The translations under genes were made by a program, and so were the position numbers. This document shows positions 60,869 through 64,000 of a DNA stretch of 64,000 nucleotides, piece by piece (positions within the stretch are counted from its first letter, which is position 1; each line of letters starts with the position of its first letter). The DNA is taken from positions 31,054 through 95,053 of the forward strand of contig JBBEEC010000029.1 of assembly GCA_040880975.1 (NCBI GenBank). Reading direction: 5' to 3'. The notes beneath the pieces were generated by a model, which searched no databases, was not told where the DNA came from, and worked only from the letters and a program-made list of their open reading frames with translations. The DNA is from Bacteroidota bacterium. GTDB taxonomy: Bacteria; Bacteroidota; Ignavibacteria; UBA10030.

Positions 60869-61494
60869 CCCTCGATGTTGAGCAAACATACTGGAGTCAG
60901 GGCTTTACGCGCATCGCCGGTGTGGACGAGGCAGGCCGCGGCCCGCTGGCCGGCCCCGTGGTTGCAGCGGCTGTCATCTTTCCCATGGGCCGCATGATCG
61001 AGGGCGTGGATGACTCGAAGAGGCTCGCGCAAAAGAAACGCGAGGAATTGTTTGCGGAAATCGAACGCGAAGCATTGAGCGTCGGCATCGGGGTCGTCGA
61101 TCACCTGACCATCGACAAACTCAACATTCTTCAGGCGACGAATCTTGCCATGCAAACCGCTCTGGGAAATCTTTCCGTCAAACCCGAGCTGGCTCTGGTT
61201 GACGGAAATTCGTTTCGCCATAACAGCCTTCGGTTTGAGAATATCATTGACGGGGATGCGTTGTGCTTTTCCATCGCCGCCGCGTCGATCGTGGCAAAAG
61301 TGACCCGGGACCGCCTGATGGTTGAACTGGATCAGCAGTTTCCGCAGTACGGATTTGCAAGGCACAAGGGATACTGCACGCGGGAGCATGTGGAAGCTAT
61401 CCGGCAATTCGGGTATTGCGACATTCACCGAAAATCCTTCCGGCTTGCAGATCTGGATCAGCTGGAAATGGTTTTTGAAGCGGTGGAAGATTGA
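60865..61494 (+). CDS. rnhB: ribonuclease HII
   Basis: Carries the GVDEAGRGPLAGPVV motif. The start ATGA overlaps the previous stop. Confidence 0.88.
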   Translation: MTLDVEQTYWSQGFTRIAGVDEAGRGPLAGPVVAAAVIFPMGRMIEGVDDSKRLAQKKREELFAEIEREALSVGIGVVDHLTIDKLNILQATNLAMQTALGNLSVKPELALVDGNSFRHNSLRFENIIDGDALCFSIAAASIVAKVTRDRLMVELDQQFPQYGFARHKGYCTREHVEAIRQFGYCDIHRKSFRLADLDQLEMVFEAVED

Positions 61495-61515
61495 TTTAAG
61501 GGAATTGGGGGGGCG

Positions 61516-61866
61516 ATGGACACAAAACAAAGGGGGGACGTGGGTGAGGACCTGGCCGCGGAGTTTCTTGGAGAGGCCGGATTGCGCGTCCTCGAACGGA
61601 ATTACCGCTACGGACGGGCAGAGATCGACATCGTGGCCGAAGAGTCCGACGAACTGGTCTTTGTTGAGGTCAAGGCGAGGAATTCACTTCAGTTTGGTGA
61701 ACCGGAAGAGTCAGTCGGCACGGCAAAAGAGGCAAATCTTCGGAGGGCCGCAGAAGGGTACTGTCTCGAACGCGGAATGACCGAACGGTTTTATCGCTTC
61801 GACATTGTTGCAATACGTTCTCACAAGGGCGTCACAGTTGTCAAACACATCCGGAATGCGTTCTGA
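61516..61866 (+). CDS. yraN: YraN-family (UPF0102) endonuclease
   Basis: GEDLAAEFL...YRYGRAEIDIVA...VFVEVKAR. Confidence 0.8.
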   Translation: MDTKQRGDVGEDLAAEFLGEAGLRVLERNYRYGRAEIDIVAEESDELVFVEVKARNSLQFGEPEESVGTAKEANLRRAAEGYCLERGMTERFYRFDIVAIRSHKGVTVVKHIRNAF

Positions 61867-61868
61867 AA

Positions 61869-63296
61869 ATGGCTTTGCTCGATAAACACGCCGGTCTCTA
61901 TACGGATTATTACGAGTTCACGATGGCGCAGGCTTTTTACCTTTCCGGAAAAGCCGACATACCCGCCACCTTTGACTACTTCTTTCGCGAAAACCCGTTC
62001 GGAGGCGGTTATGTGATCTTCGCCGGATTGAGCGACCTTCTGGCAATCCTTCAGAAATTCCGCTTCGACGACGAAGACATCCGTTTCCTTGGCGACCGCG
62101 GTCTTCACCCCAAATTCCTCGATTTTCTCAAATCGTTTCGCTTCAAAGGCACCCTGACTTCCGTCAAGGAAGGCGAAGTTATTTTTCCGCTCGAGACGAT
62201 TCTCCGTGTGGACGGAACGATCATCGAAACGCAGATCATCGAAACGCTTCTTCTCAATCTGATCAATTTTGAATCCCTGGTGGCGACGAAAGCGTCGCGG
62301 ATTCGTATGATTGCCGGAACCAGACGGGTGGTGGATTTTGGTTTGCGGCGCGCACAAGGGTACGGCGGCATCCAGGCAAGCAAGGCCGCCATGATTGGCG
62401 GATTCGATGCGACCTCCAATGTCTACGCGGCCTATCACTTTGGGCTCGAGACCACCGGCACCCAGGCCCATTCCTGGATCCAGAGTTTCGATGACGAGTT
62501 GGCCGCATTTAGGAAATTTGCCGAGATCTTCCCCGATCAATGCGTTCTCCTTGTCGATACGTATAACACGCTCAAGAGCGGCGTTCCGAACGCCATGACG
62601 GTTGCCCACGAGCTCGAGGCAAAAGGCCACAAAATGTCCGGCATTCGACTGGACAGCGGCGACCTTGCGTATCTGAGCCGCCGTGCGCGGACCATGCTCG
62701 ATGAAGCCGGATTGAACTATGTCAGGATCATTGCTTCGAATCAGCTTGATGAGTACGTCATCAAGAGTCTGCTGGAGCAGGATGCGCCCATCGACGCTTT
62801 CGGTGTCGGCACGAAACTCGTCACCGGCCAGGTGACCGCGGCTCTCGATGGGGTTTACAAACTGAGCATGTGCGATGGCAAGCCGCGTCTCAAATTTTCG
62901 GAAAACTTCGGCAAGATCAGCCTGCCGGGCAGAAAAAAAGTGATGCGGTATATCGGAAGGGACGGGATGTTCTACGGTGATGCCCTGGCGCTCGAAGAGG
63001 AGAAGAACCTGGATTGGATGTTCCATCCGTTGTTCCCGGAAAACCGCAGTCCGCTCTCGCGGATGAAGCATGAGGAGCTGATGGAGGTCGTGATGCATCG
63101 GGGTGAAGTGAAGAAGGAATGGTCCATCAAGGAATCCGCCGCATACGCACAGGAGCGGCTCAAGACGCTCGCGCAGGAACATAAACGGTTTGAAAATCCG
63201 CATGTGTACAAAGTCGGGATCAGTCAGGGCATCATGCAGCTGCGTTCAAAATTGATCGATGCGTTTCATGAGACGTTGTCGAAGGGAGGGAAGTGA
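61869..63296 (+). CDS. pncB: nicotinate phosphoribosyltransferase
   Basis: N-terminal TDYYEFTMAQAF. Length is 475 aa. Confidence 0.85.
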   Translation: MALLDKHAGLYTDYYEFTMAQAFYLSGKADIPATFDYFFRENPFGGGYVIFAGLSDLLAILQKFRFDDEDIRFLGDRGLHPKFLDFLKSFRFKGTLTSVKEGEVIFPLETILRVDGTIIETQIIETLLLNLINFESLVATKASRIRMIAGTRRVVDFGLRRAQGYGGIQASKAAMIGGFDATSNVYAAYHFGLETTGTQAHSWIQSFDDELAAFRKFAEIFPDQCVLLVDTYNTLKSGVPNAMTVAHELEAKGHKMSGIRLDSGDLAYLSRRARTMLDEAGLNYVRIIASNQLDEYVIKSLLEQDAPIDAFGVGTKLVTGQVTAALDGVYKLSMCDGKPRLKFSENFGKISLPGRKKVMRYIGRDGMFYGDALALEEEKNLDWMFHPLFPENRSPLSRMKHEELMEVVMHRGEVKKEWSIKESAAYAQERLKTLAQEHKRFENPHVYKVGISQGIMQLRSKLIDAFHETLSKGGK

Positions 63297-63838
63297 TGAA
63301 GGCGTTGCTGGTTGTCGATGTGCAGAATGATTTCTGTCCGGGCGGCTCTCTCGCCGTTCCCGACGGAGACAAGGTGGTCCCGGTGATCAACGAACTGATG
63401 AACCAGTTTCCGCTCGTGGTGGCTTCGAAGGACTGGCACCCCCGAAAAACCGTTCACTTTGAAAAATGGCCGGTCCACTGCGTGCATAATTCCAAAGGGG
63501 CCGAGTTTCACCCGGCACTGGTGAGCGAGCGCATTCAGCAGGTGTTTTTGAAAGGCACCGGGAACCGCGATGACGGCTACTCGGCCTATGAAGCCACAAA
63601 CCTGGACCTGAACCAGTTTCTCAAAGAGCATGACGTCACGGAAATCTATGTTGCCGGCCTCGCGACGGATTACTGCGTTCGCGCATCGGCGCTCGATTCC
63701 GTGAAAAACGGATTCCAAACATGCGTCGTGACGGACGCCATTGCTGCCGTGAATCTTCAAGCCGATGATGGAACAAAAGCCCTCGAAGAACTCCGGTCTG
63801 CCGGAGTGACGCTGGTTCCCTCGACAAATCTTTCATAA
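63293..63838 (+). CDS. pncA: nicotinamidase/pyrazinamidase (isochorismatase family)
   Basis: LLVVDVQNDFCPGGSL. Catalytic Cys context YVAGLATDYCV. Confidence 0.82.
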   Translation: MMKALLVVDVQNDFCPGGSLAVPDGDKVVPVINELMNQFPLVVASKDWHPRKTVHFEKWPVHCVHNSKGAEFHPALVSERIQQVFLKGTGNRDDGYSAYEATNLDLNQFLKEHDVTEIYVAGLATDYCVRASALDSVKNGFQTCVVTDAIAAVNLQADDGTKALEELRSAGVTLVPSTNLS

Positions 63839-63856
63839 CCACTCTAAGGTGATTTC

Positions 63857-64000
63857 GTGAATGCTCTTCCGCTCATCATTGTGGCTTTGTGTGTGATGGC
63901 GATCGCTTATCGGTACTACAGTGCGTTCATCGCGGCTAAGGTCCTCACTCTGAATGATGACCATGTCACCCCTGCCCACGAGCTCAATGATGGCCAGAAT
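63857..64000 (+). CDS. cstA: CstA/BtsT-family carbon-starvation / pyruvate transporter, 5' end (3' truncated by window edge)
   Basis: The translation [48 protein letters not shown] matches the BtsT/CstA N-terminus (…VAYRYYSLYIAQKVMKLDPTRATPAVINNDGLNY…). Confidence 0.6.
   Translation, partial: MNALPLIIVALCVMAIAYRYYSAFIAAKVLTLNDDHVTPAHELNDGQN

Overview
The window is mid/high-GC bacterial chromosome, probably from an FCB-group organism (Ignavibacteria/Bacteroidota-like). The lineage evidence is a T9SS C-terminal sorting-domain protein, a GWxTD protein and BamA. Nearly all genes are on the + strand.

Two blocks of conserved housekeeping genes flank a ~22 kb accessory island at ~21.2-43.6 kb that looks AT-richer by eye. 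The left block runs lpxK (3' end), ybdK, a C26 amidotransferase, ppdK, queA, ispD, plsY, gpsA, a second plsY, htrA, purB, an ALDH/lat lysine-catabolism pair, nadE, rsmI and a CIRCE-regulated groES/groEL. The right block runs an S41 peptidase, dnaG, a ferredoxin, a geranylgeranyl-reductase-like gene, a GT9 heptosyltransferase, cdsA, rimO, bamA, a UbiA prenyltransferase, rnhB, yraN, pncB/pncA and the 5' end of cstA.

The island carries four type II toxin-antitoxin pairs (HigBA-, HicAB-, Phd/ParE- and BrnTA-like) and small membrane proteins. It also carries a UDG-superfamily-like gene, a triplicated glyoxalase gene with fragments, and dense families of REP/MITE-like hairpin repeats.

Its centrepiece is a translationally coupled 4-gene operon at 27957-38658: a PLD(HKD)-SNF2 helicase fusion, a 1342-aa Eco57I/PglX/DrmMI-like N6-adenine methyltransferase, a 612-aa ABC/SMC-like ATPase and a 427-aa unknown protein with a possible Toprim-like N-terminus. 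The first two genes reuse DISARM class-1 modules (drmC-like PLD, drmD-like SNF2, drmMI-like methyltransferase), but drmA/drmB are absent. The last two resemble a PARIS/OLD-like module. This is the best candidate here for a non-canonical or undescribed defence system.

Distinct tandem heptanucleotide repeat tracts occur in several intergenic regions. No rRNA, tRNA, CRISPR array, integrase or transposase could be recognised by eye.
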